Of a DNA stretch of 36,278 nt, positions 17,014-26,884 are shown piece by piece. Location: IMG/VR virus record IMGVR_UViG_3300025173_000081, positions 1 through 36,278 of that record; one strand, given 5' to 3'. This DNA comes from a virus (lineage: Duplodnaviria > Caudoviricetes). Made by a program: the position numbers and the translations under genes. The notes beneath the pieces were generated by a model. It saw only the letters and a list, made by a program, of their open reading frames with translations, ran no database searches and was not told where the DNA came from. The stretch's first letter is position 1. Every line of letters starts with the position of its first letter.

Positions 17014-18708
17014 TTATCTGACTCTCGTCATTAAGAACCACGAATAAACACCAGTATCTGTTGCTGCTAAATTGTCGTGAGCCCTAATTACGTCACCAGG
17101 CCCCAAGAATCTTGTTGCTGAAACATTACCTTGCGAATTCGCTGAGCCAGTTGTTGGCATTTCCCATATTGCGACTCTGTTAGAAGCCGTAATTGTAGAA
17201 ACATTCGTGGTAAGTTGATTTGAATTTAATGAGATACCGACATCCAGATTGGCAGATACAACGGCGTCATTTCTGCTTATTGAATATAAGCCCCATTTTC
17301 CTACAGTAACGCTCATACCGTTTGTTGCCGAATCTGCATAAACCATATCTGTTGCTGTTAAAGGCGCATTTGTGTAGCGGCGAATTTTAGTATTGGTTGA
17401 GCCGTAGCCGTTGCCCGCATGCAAATAAACTTGCTGATTGAGAACGTCGCCCGAGCGAATTTTTGCTAAACTTCCAACCTGAATATTTGTAGGCACAACC
17501 GCCCAAGTGCCGGCTGTCGTTTGAGTTGATAATAGTCTCCCGATCATTCGAACCGCAACGTTTGACCGCGCAGTTGTTGAGTAAATTGTTGAAGCGACGT
17601 CCGCGGCCCCGGCCCCGCCCTCTGCTGTCGTGCTGATCAAAGCATTCTCATCAAAAGGATATGCAGACCAGCAAAGCTCAAGAGCCCCAGCATTGTTTAA
17701 AAGTCCAACATAGATTTCACATTCCTGAGCAGAAACGTGACCAGCGGTCGAACCCGAAGAAATTACAGTTGAAAGAGCAGCTGTGCATTTAACAAAGCTC
17801 ATAATTCCGCTTGTTAATGTTGCGCTTCTGAATCCGACCCGAATTGGATCAGTTGAAGAGGCATTGTTTCCAGCAGCAGTTTTCAGCGCGATTGTCAGCG
17901 CATTTGAACCAACACTGCATGCAATCCCGACGTTAAAAAGTGCGCTTGGATCGATATAAGTTTGGTATGCAAGGCCAGCTGCTTGCGCCGAGTCCGCCAC
18001 CAACATTTGATCATCAGAACCAGCTGGTAGCCTGGTTGTGGTATCGGATGCTGTCGCAACATAAAGATCACCTTTTGTTGTAAGGACTGAGCGAAGTTGT
18101 TTTGTGTTCATCTGCGTTTGAATTGCGGATGTAACACCAGCTAAATAGCCAGCCTCTGTGTCCGTAACTGCAGAAACTGATACAACGCCGCCGGCGCTTG
18201 AAACCAAAAGCCGCGAAGCCGTTAAGGCCGCGAGTTTTGAATAAGCTATGGCAGCCGCCGCTGCAATGTCCGCGTTTACCACAAGCCCAGTAAGATTTAA
18301 TTTTGAGTATGCGATTGCAGCCGCGGCGTTGACATCAGCATTAACAATCAGGCCAAGGGCAGAGAATAAAACATTTTTAGAGTTAAAAAGTAAAGCGTCA
18401 CTGGCATTTGAAGTCAAAGCCAGATCCGCGTTGTTGGCATTGTTACGCCATGAGATTGATTCGAGATTGCCAAGACGAACTTGACCAGCTGCTGCTGGAT
18501 TAGCATGTCTTGATTTATAATAAAGAGATTTGAGTCCGTAAGATGCGCCGAAATCAGTTTCAGCACCTAAAGTAAAACTTCCCCCTGTCTTTTGAAGTGC
18601 GCTGGAAGCAATAGCAATAAAATACGCCGTAAGATCAGGCCCCCAGTTAAAGTCGCCGTCATCAGGTATCGCATAAGTCACGCCGTTAAATGTAATGTTT
18701 GAGCTCAT
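17014..18708 (-). CDS. Tail fiber-like protein
   Basis: A/S/T-rich; duplicated NAD(V/I)xAAAAIAYSKL repeat; 'YLAGVTSAIQTQMN' and 'TTKGDL' fiber-type motifs; start at 18708 after GAGAGG. Confidence 0.7.
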   Translation of the reverse strand: MSSNITFNGVTYAIPDDGDFNWGPDLTAYFIAIASSALQKTGGSFTLGAETDFGASYGLKSLYYKSRHANPAAAGQVRLGNLESISWRNNANNADLALTSNASDALLFNSKNVLFSALGLIVNADVNAAAAIAYSKLNLTGLVVNADIAAAAAIAYSKLAALTASRLLVSSAGGVVSVSAVTDTEAGYLAGVTSAIQTQMNTKQLRSVLTTKGDLYVATASDTTTRLPAGSDDQMLVADSAQAAGLAYQTYIDPSALFNVGIACSVGSNALTIALKTAAGNNASSTDPIRVGFRSATLTSGIMSFVKCTAALSTVISSGSTAGHVSAQECEIYVGLLNNAGALELCWSAYPFDENALISTTAEGGAGAADVASTIYSTTARSNVAVRMIGRLLSTQTTAGTWAVVPTNIQVGSLAKIRSGDVLNQQVYLHAGNGYGSTNTKIRRYTNAPLTATDMVYADSATNGMSVTVGKWGLYSISRNDAVVSANLDVGISLNSNQLTTNVSTITASNRVAIWEMPTTGSANSQGNVSATRFLGPGDVIRAHDNLAATDTGVYSWFLMTRVR

Positions 18709-18721
18709 TGGAACCTCTCGC

Positions 18722-18751
18722 AAAAAAGCCCACCCCTTTGCAGAGGTGAGC
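18722..18751 (-). terminator. Intrinsic terminator after capsid gene
   Basis: GCTCACCTCT-GCAA-AGGGGTGGGC-TTTTTT. Confidence 0.85.
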
Positions 18752-18765
18752 AATCATTTAATGGA

Positions 18766-20043
18766 CTATGTATTAACGATTAAGTTAATTTTTACGCACT
18801 TAGCAGGAGTCTGGCAGACGATGGCCTGCGCTCCGTAAAGTCGTAATTCGTAGGCATTTTTGTCAGGCACATGCAGGAAGATTTCGCCTTGGCGCCCTGG
18901 AGTCTCGAAAGAGAACTCTTGAGAACCGATACGTTTGAATCTTTTGAATGGCACAACAAAGGCTTCACCAATTTTTAAGTATGGATGAACCATGATGTTT
19001 AACTTACCATTCGGCCCCAGCAAGCTGATTGACTCAAAGCCACCGATACCGACAGTTTCTTTTTGACCACCATTTAGCCGACGTAAGTCAGTCATAGTGC
19101 CAGAAAGATTCATGAAGGTTTTAGGTGACACGAGAACAGCGGCTTCTTCCATGAGGCCGCCCTTAGAGATACCAGCTTCAACTGCGTTCAGGATTTTCGC
19201 TACAGTAAGAGCTGCAGAACCTGCAGAAACCGTAGAACCTGACCACAATGAGTAAACCGCGGCGTCAATACCGAACAATGATCCAGTATTGGTGATGATT
19301 GCGTCGATTCCGTATGGCTCAGCGTCTTTTGCGCCCTTCCAATGAATGTAGCAGTCACCAGCGCCCAGCGCTGTATCAAGGGCAGAAATACCTGTTGCGG
19401 TACCTGTGAACTTGATTACGCGAGTTGAGTGAACAACCGATGTAACGATAAAGTTGGAATCAGCAGCCGATGAAATCAGCGTGTTATCTGAAACTTTGTA
19501 GAAGTTAACAACCGCGTTTTCAACACCTGACCAGATACCAGGAGCCCAACCAGCCAACAGCATTGTTACGTTGGTAACAGTAGCTGATACGTTGGCGCTT
19601 GTGTCCGCGGTACCTAAACCAGTAGCAGAACGACCGTACAGGAAAGCCATTTCTAATCGCTTAGAAGCAGTTTCCATCAAGTTGTCTACCAACAGTTCAG
19701 ATGAGTTTTTGAATGCGGCAACAGATGAGGCAGCTTTTGCAGCAGCTTCATAATCCATTTGTCCGCGTACGATGATTTGATGAGCGTCAACCACTGCTTC
19801 TTTTAAGGTCGCAGCAATCGAATCATTCAGCGTCGAACTACCGGCGCCGGCCGCTAAGTAGGTTACGCCAGCTTCTTGAGACAGAATGACCGGGAAGTTG
19901 TAAGACTTACCGATTTTATCAGCCTTCTGAAACTTGATTTCTTTTTGCAAGAGAGAGACTTCGGGAACTACGTTTACTGGGCCTTCGCCGTAAACGATTT
20001 TAAAATTGCCATCTAATGTTGATACCGTATTGACCTGAGCCAT
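18766..20043 (-). CDS. Major capsid protein
   Basis: 425 aa after scaffold, followed by a terminator; 'LEMAFLYG' HK97-fold pattern. Confidence 0.8.
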   Translation of the reverse strand: MAQVNTVSTLDGNFKIVYGEGPVNVVPEVSLLQKEIKFQKADKIGKSYNFPVILSQEAGVTYLAAGAGSSTLNDSIAATLKEAVVDAHQIIVRGQMDYEAAAKAASSVAAFKNSSELLVDNLMETASKRLEMAFLYGRSATGLGTADTSANVSATVTNVTMLLAGWAPGIWSGVENAVVNFYKVSDNTLISSAADSNFIVTSVVHSTRVIKFTGTATGISALDTALGAGDCYIHWKGAKDAEPYGIDAIITNTGSLFGIDAAVYSLWSGSTVSAGSAALTVAKILNAVEAGISKGGLMEEAAVLVSPKTFMNLSGTMTDLRRLNGGQKETVGIGGFESISLLGPNGKLNIMVHPYLKIGEAFVVPFKRFKRIGSQEFSFETPGRQGEIFLHVPDKNAYELRLYGAQAIVCQTPAKCVKINLIVNT

Positions 20044-20113
20044 AAATACACCTTTTTTGGCTTGAAAAAGCCGATTAAAATTTTGATTTTTGTTTTGGAA
20101 CTATTTTTGTTTG

Positions 20114-20167
20114 TATTCGCTGGTTTTCCGAATAAAACGATTTTGTCTATTCGCTGGTTTTCCGAAT
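20114..20167 (-). repeat. Two identical 20-bp hairpin repeats upstream of capsid gene
   Basis: TATTCGCTGGTTTTCCGAAT at 20114-20133 and 20148-20167. Confidence 0.9.
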
Positions 20168-20247
20168 GGACTTAAGAAATGAATATTTACTGAGGCGTTG
20201 GTTTATCGTCTCAGTTGATTCAGCTCTTACCCTAAGCAAGAGCCTGT

Positions 20248-20265
20248 GATTTTAAAGAGTCAATG
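20248..20265 (-). promoter_or_regulatory. Candidate late-promoter motif CATTGACTCTTTAAAAT, copy upstream of capsid
   Basis: Shared with 23674-23693 and 26861-26881. Confidence 0.6.
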
Positions 20266-20287
20266 GGTAAAATGAATAATAATTAAA

Positions 20288-21205
20288 TTATTTTGAAGCC
20301 GCTGCCACTCGGCGGTTAACTTCCTGCTGCCACTCTTCTTGAGTCATGTACTGTTTGTCGGCTGTAGGACGTGGCGCTTCGCCGGTCTGCTTCGATCCGC
20401 GCTGAAACACTTTGCCTTGAGATTCCTGCAGCTTTTTAACGTCGTACATACGCAGCTTTTTAATGATGTCTGGTCCGAACATTTCAATCAGTTGCTCAGC
20501 TTCGGCGTCTTTGATAATTGATTTCATGGTGCTGGTTGTTTCGCCTTTGAGTTCAGATACAAGGTCATCAATGGTCAAAGTCAGGCCCAAGTCCAAGTTT
20601 TTAGACATCAGATCGGCGGCACGTTGAACCAACTTCGGACTTTTTGGCAAGCCTGACTTGTTAAGAGCTCCGATGATTGTCGCTTGGAATTCCTGAGCGA
20701 TCGCATATTCTTTTTTTGCGTTGGCTGATTTGGTTAATTCATCGGCCTTTTGCTTTTCAGATTTCTCATGCTTTTCATTTTTGGCTTTCAAATCCCTAAT
20801 TTCTTTGTCTTTGGGGTCCAGCATGTCTTCTTGAATTTGAGCCAACAAAAGGTCTTCGGCCAGCTTTCGAGCGTTCGGATGCTTACTTAAAAGAGTGCCA
20901 TCTTCAAAGGCCTTTAAGATTTCCATAGCCTTATGCTCTTTGGTCTTGGCTTCGCCAATGCGCTTTTTAGCCGCGGCGGCAAGTTGGAGTTTATTTCTAA
21001 TTGAGTCCTTGTCGTTCCAATCAAGCTCCTCTTCGATCTCTTCGCCATCAACTTGAAGTTTAAACTTCTCTTTCATTGATTTTACTTCGGCCGGCGTTGG
21101 CGCTGCCTCAGTGGTTTGTGCCTCAGTTGATACGTTGGCGGCTACTTGCGCGGCGGTGTCGCCAGCTGGTGTTGCTGGCGCACTCGTGGTGGTAACTTCT
21201 GACAT
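20288..21205 (-). CDS. Capsid scaffolding protein
   Basis: 'KLQVDGEEIEE' motif, charged helices, located between portal and capsid. Confidence 0.75.
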   Translation of the reverse strand: MSEVTTTSAPATPAGDTAAQVAANVSTEAQTTEAAPTPAEVKSMKEKFKLQVDGEEIEEELDWNDKDSIRNKLQLAAAAKKRIGEAKTKEHKAMEILKAFEDGTLLSKHPNARKLAEDLLLAQIQEDMLDPKDKEIRDLKAKNEKHEKSEKQKADELTKSANAKKEYAIAQEFQATIIGALNKSGLPKSPKLVQRAADLMSKNLDLGLTLTIDDLVSELKGETTSTMKSIIKDAEAEQLIEMFGPDIIKKLRMYDVKKLQESQGKVFQRGSKQTGEAPRPTADKQYMTQEEWQQEVNRRVAAASK

Positions 21206-21214
21206 GATGACTCC

Positions 21215-23152
21215 TTATAGTTGTGGCGGCTTGGCCGGTTCTGGTAATTGGGTTTGTTCTGCTTGTTGAGTTATGGGATTTTGGTTGTCCATGACCTGAG
21301 CCGTTTTATCTGCGCTCTGGCCATTTGTGCCCGGAACTGGTGGCGGCGCCTGATACATTGAGGCTTGCTTTAAAGCGAGCGCCAAGGCTGGGTCTTTCGA
21401 CTTGCCCTGGTCAATGTGGGCCTGAATGTGGGCTACAACTGCAGCGACAACTTTCGGATTTTCTCTGGCTTCTGGTGAGGCCAAGACTGCCTGGTGTTCT
21501 AAAATATGAATGACATCGTCATCAGTAATGAGGATTTGAACTGGAATCCCATCCATAAGGCGCTCATTTTCCATGACCATAAGTCGCAGATTGGCGGCGT
21601 CATGCTGATAAAGCGGCTCAAGATTTCCTGTGGTCAATACACTGATGTATTGCTCTGGCGTTTTGATCATGCCTTCTTTTTGTAAAAGCTGGTTGGCAAT
21701 TTCAACGCGGCCGGCGGCGGTTTTGGTCAACGGATTGGCCGAATCAACAATAACTCGAGAAATCCCTTTTAAATCTTTATTTGAAAAAGACTTCATCTGT
21801 GATTTCTTCGACTTACCTGTGATCATGGCAATTCGTGGCACCACTGCGTAGGTTTGCAGTAGCTCAATCAGGGCTGTGCCCACATTTTCAAGTAGCAGCG
21901 TATAGCTCAACTGTACGCCTGAGCTTGATTGAATGGCCTGTTGTTGTAATAGAGCCATTGCCGTACCTGACATCGTAGCCGGCGCAATACCTTTGGTGAT
22001 TGGCGGCACGTTTCCGATAATGTCGGCTTGCTGTGAAAGCATGGTTGCGAAATTGAAGACTTCCGGCGCTGTTTTCAACAGGTCCATGACTTCAAGTTTT
22101 CCGGCTTTCGGGTCATACTCCCAAACATTCATGCCATCTTTGAGAGTGGTAACTTTTGGAGCTCCGCCCTTTGGCACTTGGAAGTTATTCACGGCGTTTG
22201 CCGCCTGGTTGCTGAGGATAGCTGAAACCGTCATGTCAAAGGCGTCATTGATTGGAATAATGTCCATCATTGGCGAGTGACCGAAAGCGTTTTCAATGTG
22301 ATCAGCTGAGGTCAGCGGGAAAACGTAAGATTTTTTGTAAGGAAGTGGGCCGTCAAACAAAGTAATGTCGCCATCTAAACAGATGACCAATCGGCCTTGA
22401 GGCAGCGCCGGCGTTTTATCGTGGCGAAGCTCATACATTGGAATTATGTCGCTCTCCGCGGCTTTTGTCTTAAGCGCGGCGTTATTGACATCCAAACAGT
22501 ATTGCAAATCTTTGGTATCGGGCTGAACTTGTGCGATTTTCTCAGCAAGTTCTGGATATTTTGCGGCCAAATCCCATTTGTTTTTTGGCTTTTCAATGAT
22601 GAACCAATCGTGATTCATATCTTTGCGGTTTACATCACGGCAAACTTGCAAAATGGTATGCACGTCAACTTCGGCATCACCTTCATGGATCGGTTGATCT
22701 GGGTTTTCTGGATTTGGCGCGTAAATCTCGCCGGCCGTCGCATCCCATCCTAACGAAACCCATCCTTCTTTAAGAAAAAGGCCCAGCTCACAAGCTTTAT
22801 TAATTTTGCTTTCGATGTGCTTTTCTCTCATGTAGAAATCAAGAAGACCACTCGCAAGCTGGGTGTCATCGGTACTCGCTAAATCTGTATTAATCGAACG
22901 CGGCTCCCATGCAGGACGCACAGAAGTCACCATTGTGTGAACGTGATGAATCAAATTCGCATAATGGTTGATGTGGATCCCTTTTAAAGACTGATCAACA
23001 TCTTGAATGTGTGGCCGATAGTAATAAGTTTTGAAAGACTTTCGCAAGTCAGTCAGCTGGCCAGATTGCTGCATATAAAGTTTATACGCAGACACCTTTT
23101 CTAAAATTTCTTTCGCAATCTCAGGCTTACTTGCCCAGTATTGATTTTCCAT
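21215..23152 (-). CDS. Portal protein (P22-like)
   Basis: About 645 aa after terL; 'SGTAMALLQQQA' and Q/P-rich C-terminal barrel; start at 23152 after AGGAG. Confidence 0.85.
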   Translation of the reverse strand: MENQYWASKPEIAKEILEKVSAYKLYMQQSGQLTDLRKSFKTYYYRPHIQDVDQSLKGIHINHYANLIHHVHTMVTSVRPAWEPRSINTDLASTDDTQLASGLLDFYMREKHIESKINKACELGLFLKEGWVSLGWDATAGEIYAPNPENPDQPIHEGDAEVDVHTILQVCRDVNRKDMNHDWFIIEKPKNKWDLAAKYPELAEKIAQVQPDTKDLQYCLDVNNAALKTKAAESDIIPMYELRHDKTPALPQGRLVICLDGDITLFDGPLPYKKSYVFPLTSADHIENAFGHSPMMDIIPINDAFDMTVSAILSNQAANAVNNFQVPKGGAPKVTTLKDGMNVWEYDPKAGKLEVMDLLKTAPEVFNFATMLSQQADIIGNVPPITKGIAPATMSGTAMALLQQQAIQSSSGVQLSYTLLLENVGTALIELLQTYAVVPRIAMITGKSKKSQMKSFSNKDLKGISRVIVDSANPLTKTAAGRVEIANQLLQKEGMIKTPEQYISVLTTGNLEPLYQHDAANLRLMVMENERLMDGIPVQILITDDDVIHILEHQAVLASPEARENPKVVAAVVAHIQAHIDQGKSKDPALALALKQASMYQAPPPVPGTNGQSADKTAQVMDNQNPITQQAEQTQLPEPAKPPQL

Positions 23153-23171
23153 AAAGCTCCTAGGCGCCGAG

Positions 23172-23480
23172 TTATGGCGCAATAGTTTTAATTTTAAATT
23201 CCTCCTTAATTTTATTTAGCCGCTTAACCAAGAAGTTGAATTGTTGGCTTGAGCGAAGGCCTTGTTTTACATCGATCCATTTGTATTCAATTTCGGACTT
23301 ATCCAGATAAAGCGGAATGTCCAGGTCAGGACTGATAAAGACTGTGGCCCCAAGATCAAGAGCCGCTTCAATCCAAACTTCATCTGGTTCTCTATGCGCC
23401 CGAAACACAACGTCAAACTTGTTGGCCTTTAAAAGCTCAACAGTACGTTTTGAAATCTGGCAATCACAGGCAATCTTCAC
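23172..23480 (-). CDS. PIN-like domain protein (DUF5615/VapC45-like)
   Basis: MKIACD...PDEVWIEAA...VFISPDLD matches the acidic PIN-like motif spacing. Confidence 0.65.
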   Translation of the reverse strand: MKIACDCQISKRTVELLKANKFDVVFRAHREPDEVWIEAALDLGATVFISPDLDIPLYLDKSEIEYKWIDVKQGLRSSQQFNFLVKRLNKIKEEFKIKTIAP

Positions 23481-24844
23481 ATCCGCACCAGTTTCGAATA
23501 GCCTTCAAGAGTTGTGTCTGGCTCAACGTGCTCATCAAATTTGCGTGTAACCGGAATTGGGTTGGTGGCTTCATCAATATTTCGAACTAAATACATAATT
23601 GCCGCCACTGCATCATAATGTCCTAACGTTTTAGACCTTGCGAAATCGCTTCTGTTTTCATTCCAGATACCGAATTTTAAAGAGTCAATGAGTACCTTGC
23701 AGGATTCGTCTATCTCGACACGACCTGAGCCAATCCAGATGCGTAGATTGTTGACCATAGCTTGAAGCGTGTCTTTCGATGTTGAGTGAAAATACATGCC
23801 GTGAATTGAGCCTAAATCCAAAAGCAGCAGCGGATTGTTATTGTCGGCAACGCGCCTGTAAGGCTCTATAGGCTCGCCACGCTCATTTTTCCATAGCTCA
23901 AGCTCGATGTCTGAAATCTCTTTGTGCAGCTTAGGCGTGGTCATCTCTGGCCCACTCATCACCAATTCGCGCTCGATCACAATCTTGGCCCGCAAGAAAT
24001 CATAGTATGCAAATAAATTGACGTTCAAATCTCTTACACCCAAATCCATAGCGTTGTATTTGTGGTAATACTTATAAAACTCATCCTTCGGCGCTCTGGC
24101 GGTAACAAGCCCATCCATCTCAGGCACGATTGCATAATCAGAATCAACAATGAGCTGATTCAAATACTCGCGCTTCCAAGTGGTTGAATCTTTGCCGCCG
24201 GCTTCTTTACAGAACTCCGCTATAATCTCAGGCGTGTAATCTGACTGGAAGATGTCATAAGCTGAATAGTAGTCCTCAAGCTTGGCCGATTGAATGTACT
24301 CAGCGAACTCATGCGCTGGGCTCAGCGGGCTACTTGAGGCCATGATCAGCTTGCCGCCAGTCGTGATCAACTGAGGCATTAAGACTGACTCAACCAGATA
24401 GCCAAGATTGTCAACAAAGGCCGCTTCATCGACAATGGCCAGATCAGCCGCGGTTCCGCGCAGATCATCTTCATGGCCGTTGTTCACTCCGGCAATATGA
24501 ACCATTGACCCATTCGAAAACACATAAGCACCTTCAAGTGAATTCCATTTCGGCCGGTACTTTGGTTTATACTTGGCGAAAATCTCTTTAAAGATCGGGT
24601 GAATCATTTTTCTGACAGACTTCTGGGTGACAGAAGCGTATCGAATTTGAGAGTTTGGTTTTGATAAGGCAAATATGATGGCCAGGCAGCAGAGCAGGAA
24701 TGTTTTACCCAAACGTCTTGAGCAGTGGACAACGTGCTTTCTTCTGATGGCTCCCAGAAACAGCGCGAACATTTTCTTTTGGCTTGGTTTTAACCGCTCG
24801 TAAAGGTCTTTGATGATTAAGAGGTTAAGACTTTTTGCTGCCAT
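23477..24844 (-). CDS. terL: Terminase large subunit
   Basis: Walker A SRRLGKT, Walker B AIVDEAAF, coupling motif ASS, nuclease MDLG and HYDAVAAIMY. Confidence 0.92.
   Translation of the reverse strand: MAAKSLNLLIIKDLYERLKPSQKKMFALFLGAIRRKHVVHCSRRLGKTFLLCCLAIIFALSKPNSQIRYASVTQKSVRKMIHPIFKEIFAKYKPKYRPKWNSLEGAYVFSNGSMVHIAGVNNGHEDDLRGTAADLAIVDEAAFVDNLGYLVESVLMPQLITTGGKLIMASSSPLSPAHEFAEYIQSAKLEDYYSAYDIFQSDYTPEIIAEFCKEAGGKDSTTWKREYLNQLIVDSDYAIVPEMDGLVTARAPKDEFYKYYHKYNAMDLGVRDLNVNLFAYYDFLRAKIVIERELVMSGPEMTTPKLHKEISDIELELWKNERGEPIEPYRRVADNNNPLLLLDLGSIHGMYFHSTSKDTLQAMVNNLRIWIGSGRVEIDESCKVLIDSLKFGIWNENRSDFARSKTLGHYDAVAAIMYLVRNIDEATNPIPVTRKFDEHVEPDTTLEGYSKLVRM
23674..23693 (-). promoter_or_regulatory. 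Candidate late-promoter motif, copy inside terL
   Basis: 20-bp identity with 26862-26881. Confidence 0.55.
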
Positions 24845-25151
24845 TTAATTTCTTTGGCGTGACATCGATCACATTGAAAATATCACTGATTGAAATCTGT
24901 TCTGAATTCTCATTGTCATCATCGTCTTGTTCGCCCGCGGTGGGCTCATGGTCTTTTGGTTGCGCGTATCTGTACTTGGCCATCTCTTTAAGAATTTCGA
25001 GCCTTAAGAAATCGTCATCTGACTTTTTAAAGAGCTTTATCATCTCATCAGCGATAAAGAATTTCTGCTCATCACAGCGCAAGGCAAACTCGACGGTCTT
25101 TAGGTACTTATACCCTTTCTGAATACCGCCAGTCTTTTTACCTTTAGCCAT
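24825..25151 (-). CDS. terS: Terminase small subunit (probable)
   Basis: MAKGKKTGG.QKG N-terminus; directly upstream of terL. Confidence 0.65.
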   Translation of the reverse strand: MAKGKKTGGIQKGYKYLKTVEFALRCDEQKFFIADEMIKLFKKSDDDFLRLEILKEMAKYRYAQPKDHEPTAGEQDDDDNENSEQISISDIFNVIDVTPKKLNGSKKS

Positions 25152-25184
25152 CTATAAACCTCTATAATAGAACTCATCTGCAAT

Positions 25185-25664
25185 TTAATGGAGTTTGGAG
25201 AACAATTTCTTAATTCTCAGCCAAACCAGCCAATAAAACGTCTGTCTAAAAATGAGTGGTCTTTCGAGCTGATAGCTGATGAGTCTCAGTACCCACTTTG
25301 GAATGTCATCCTTCGGGCAATCGGGCAGAACTTTTTGAACGACCTTAACCAGCCTTGAAAATTCTTTTCTTTGATCTGGTAGGCTGACAATGTCATCTGC
25401 GATATTGATCAGAAGCCAGTAATCAAGGTCAGCGTAAAGCTTTTTGACCGATAGGCTGTCTGGAAGCCAATCAACCAGCTGCTCGGGTTTTAGAGCTTCC
25501 TTTTCTTCCGGGTTGCCCCAAAACTCACGCCAGGTGGCTTCGTCTTTAATGATTATGGGATCCGCTGGCTTGGGCTTTGGTAATTCAACCGGCACAGGCT
25601 CAGTTTTCTTTAAGCTGTCCTGAAAGACCCTATCAAGAAGCGCCAACTCAGGTGACTTATTCAT
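25185..25664 (-). CDS. Hypothetical protein
   Basis: 159-aa ORF, ATGA overlap. Confidence 0.65.
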   Translation of the reverse strand: MNKSPELALLDRVFQDSLKKTEPVPVELPKPKPADPIIIKDEATWREFWGNPEEKEALKPEQLVDWLPDSLSVKKLYADLDYWLLINIADDIVSLPDQRKEFSRLVKVVQKVLPDCPKDDIPKWVLRLISYQLERPLIFRQTFYWLVWLRIKKLFSKLH

Positions 25665-25948
25665 CTCATCTTCCCTTCAAATTTCATGGCCGTAACGTCT
25701 CGCTCTAAGTCTTCATTTTTGAGGACCAATTCTTGAAACTTGGAATCAAGTTCTTTTAATTGCGTGTATAAATCAGGCCGTTTCGGGTATAGGTAATCTA
25801 TGACCTTGGCGGCTGATATTGCGAGCAGAAGAACCCCAGCGCAAAGACAATCCGCATAACTTACCCGATACACAACGAGTTTAAGCAGCAGAACCAGGAT
25901 GATGACCTGGCTTTGATTTTCTTTTAAAAGCTTTAATTTAGATTCCAA
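25661..25948 (-). CDS. Two-TM plus coiled-coil membrane protein
   Basis: Hydrophobic segments then heptad pattern. Confidence 0.6.
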   Translation of the reverse strand: MESKLKLLKENQSQVIILVLLLKLVVYRVSYADCLCAGVLLLAISAAKVIDYLYPKRPDLYTQLKELDSKFQELVLKNEDLERDVTAMKFEGKMR

Positions 25949-26138
25949 ACAGTTCTCGCGCTTTGTGAATCAGGTTGTTTTTGAAGATTGCGAAGACGTC
26001 TGGAAGTGAGCTGTCGGTTGGCTCGCCCAGCACGTTTTCGTCAATTTCAAATTCTTGGAAGCCGAAACCGCCAACATCATCTTTAACGAAAGACAGGACT
26101 CTGACCTTTTTAGGCTTCTTGCTGTTCTTGTCCGCCAC
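25938..26138 (-). CDS. Hypothetical protein
   Basis: 66 aa, GTG start with GGGGTG RBS, overlaps both neighbours. Confidence 0.6.
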   Translation of the reverse strand: MADKNSKKPKKVRVLSFVKDDVGGFGFQEFEIDENVLGEPTDSSLPDVFAIFKNNLIHKARELFGI

Positions 26139-26442
26139 TTAACACCCCTAATTCCTTGTTGAAACGAAATGAATCGTCTTTTTTGTGTTTAACTTTTTGC
26201 TCGCGCTCGTTTTCCTCAATCATTTTTCTGAGTGAGTCTGAAGGCTGCACAATTCTGGATTCAATTCCGACCTTGCCGGCACCAAGCTTGAAGTCCTTTT
26301 TGAACTTCAAATAGTATTCGGTGCCACAATCTTTACATGTGACACCAACTGATGAACCTTGGAATGGTTGCGGTTTTGGATAAAGAACTTGCTGTGAGCT
26401 ACCACAAAGACATGTGTAATCGGTCTTATAGGTTTTAGCCAT
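26110..26442 (-). CDS. Zinc-ribbon protein
   Basis: CLC...CKDC; TAATG coupling. Confidence 0.65.
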   Translation of the reverse strand: MAKTYKTDYTCLCGSSQQVLYPKPQPFQGSSVGVTCKDCGTEYYLKFKKDFKLGAGKVGIESRIVQPSDSLRKMIEENEREQKVKHKKDDSFRFNKELGVLSGGQEQQEA

Positions 26443-26816
26443 TAGTGCGCCTGTGGTGGCGAACTTGGGGCTGCAGCTTGCTCCGGGGTCATTTCCGGCA
26501 AATCCAAAAGGCCGTTGGTTTCAACAGCGTCTTGGGCTTCTGGAACTACGCCGGGCTTAACGTGGCTCAAGTCCATGTCGTAAACATTGTTTTCTTTTGG
26601 TTGTGCTGGCGGTGGTGGTTCTTCTTTATGGATGTCGGCCAAGATGGCGTCTTTGTTCTGGCGCAGAAACGCGAGCGTTTGGTGAACTCCCTCAAATTCT
26701 TCCGGTGCATAACGAATACGATTCGTGAGCAGCTCGATGGCCGTCGCATAGTAATCGTGAGCGAGTTTTTTGAAATCAAGAGGCGTTCTTTCTGGTGCTT
26801 TTGCATTTTCAGACAT
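26442..26816 (-). CDS. Hypothetical protein
   Basis: 124 aa, AAGGAAG RBS. Confidence 0.65.
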   Translation of the reverse strand: MSENAKAPERTPLDFKKLAHDYYATAIELLTNRIRYAPEEFEGVHQTLAFLRQNKDAILADIHKEEPPPPAQPKENNVYDMDLSHVKPGVVPEAQDAVETNGLLDLPEMTPEQAAAPSSPPQAH

Positions 26817-26860
26817 GTTACTTCCTTTGCTGGTTGGTTATGACTCAAGGTTTTGTGTGA

Positions 26861-26881
26861 GATTTTAAAGAGTCAATGAGT
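26861..26881 (-). promoter_or_regulatory. Candidate late-promoter motif, copy heading the packaging cluster
   Basis: Intergenic; contains TTGACT. Confidence 0.6.
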
Positions 26882-26884
26882 CTT

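Noticed and set aside
20114-20167. Mini-CRISPR array
   Set aside because: Only two 20-bp repeats with a 14-bp gap, too short for repeat/spacer, and no cas genes
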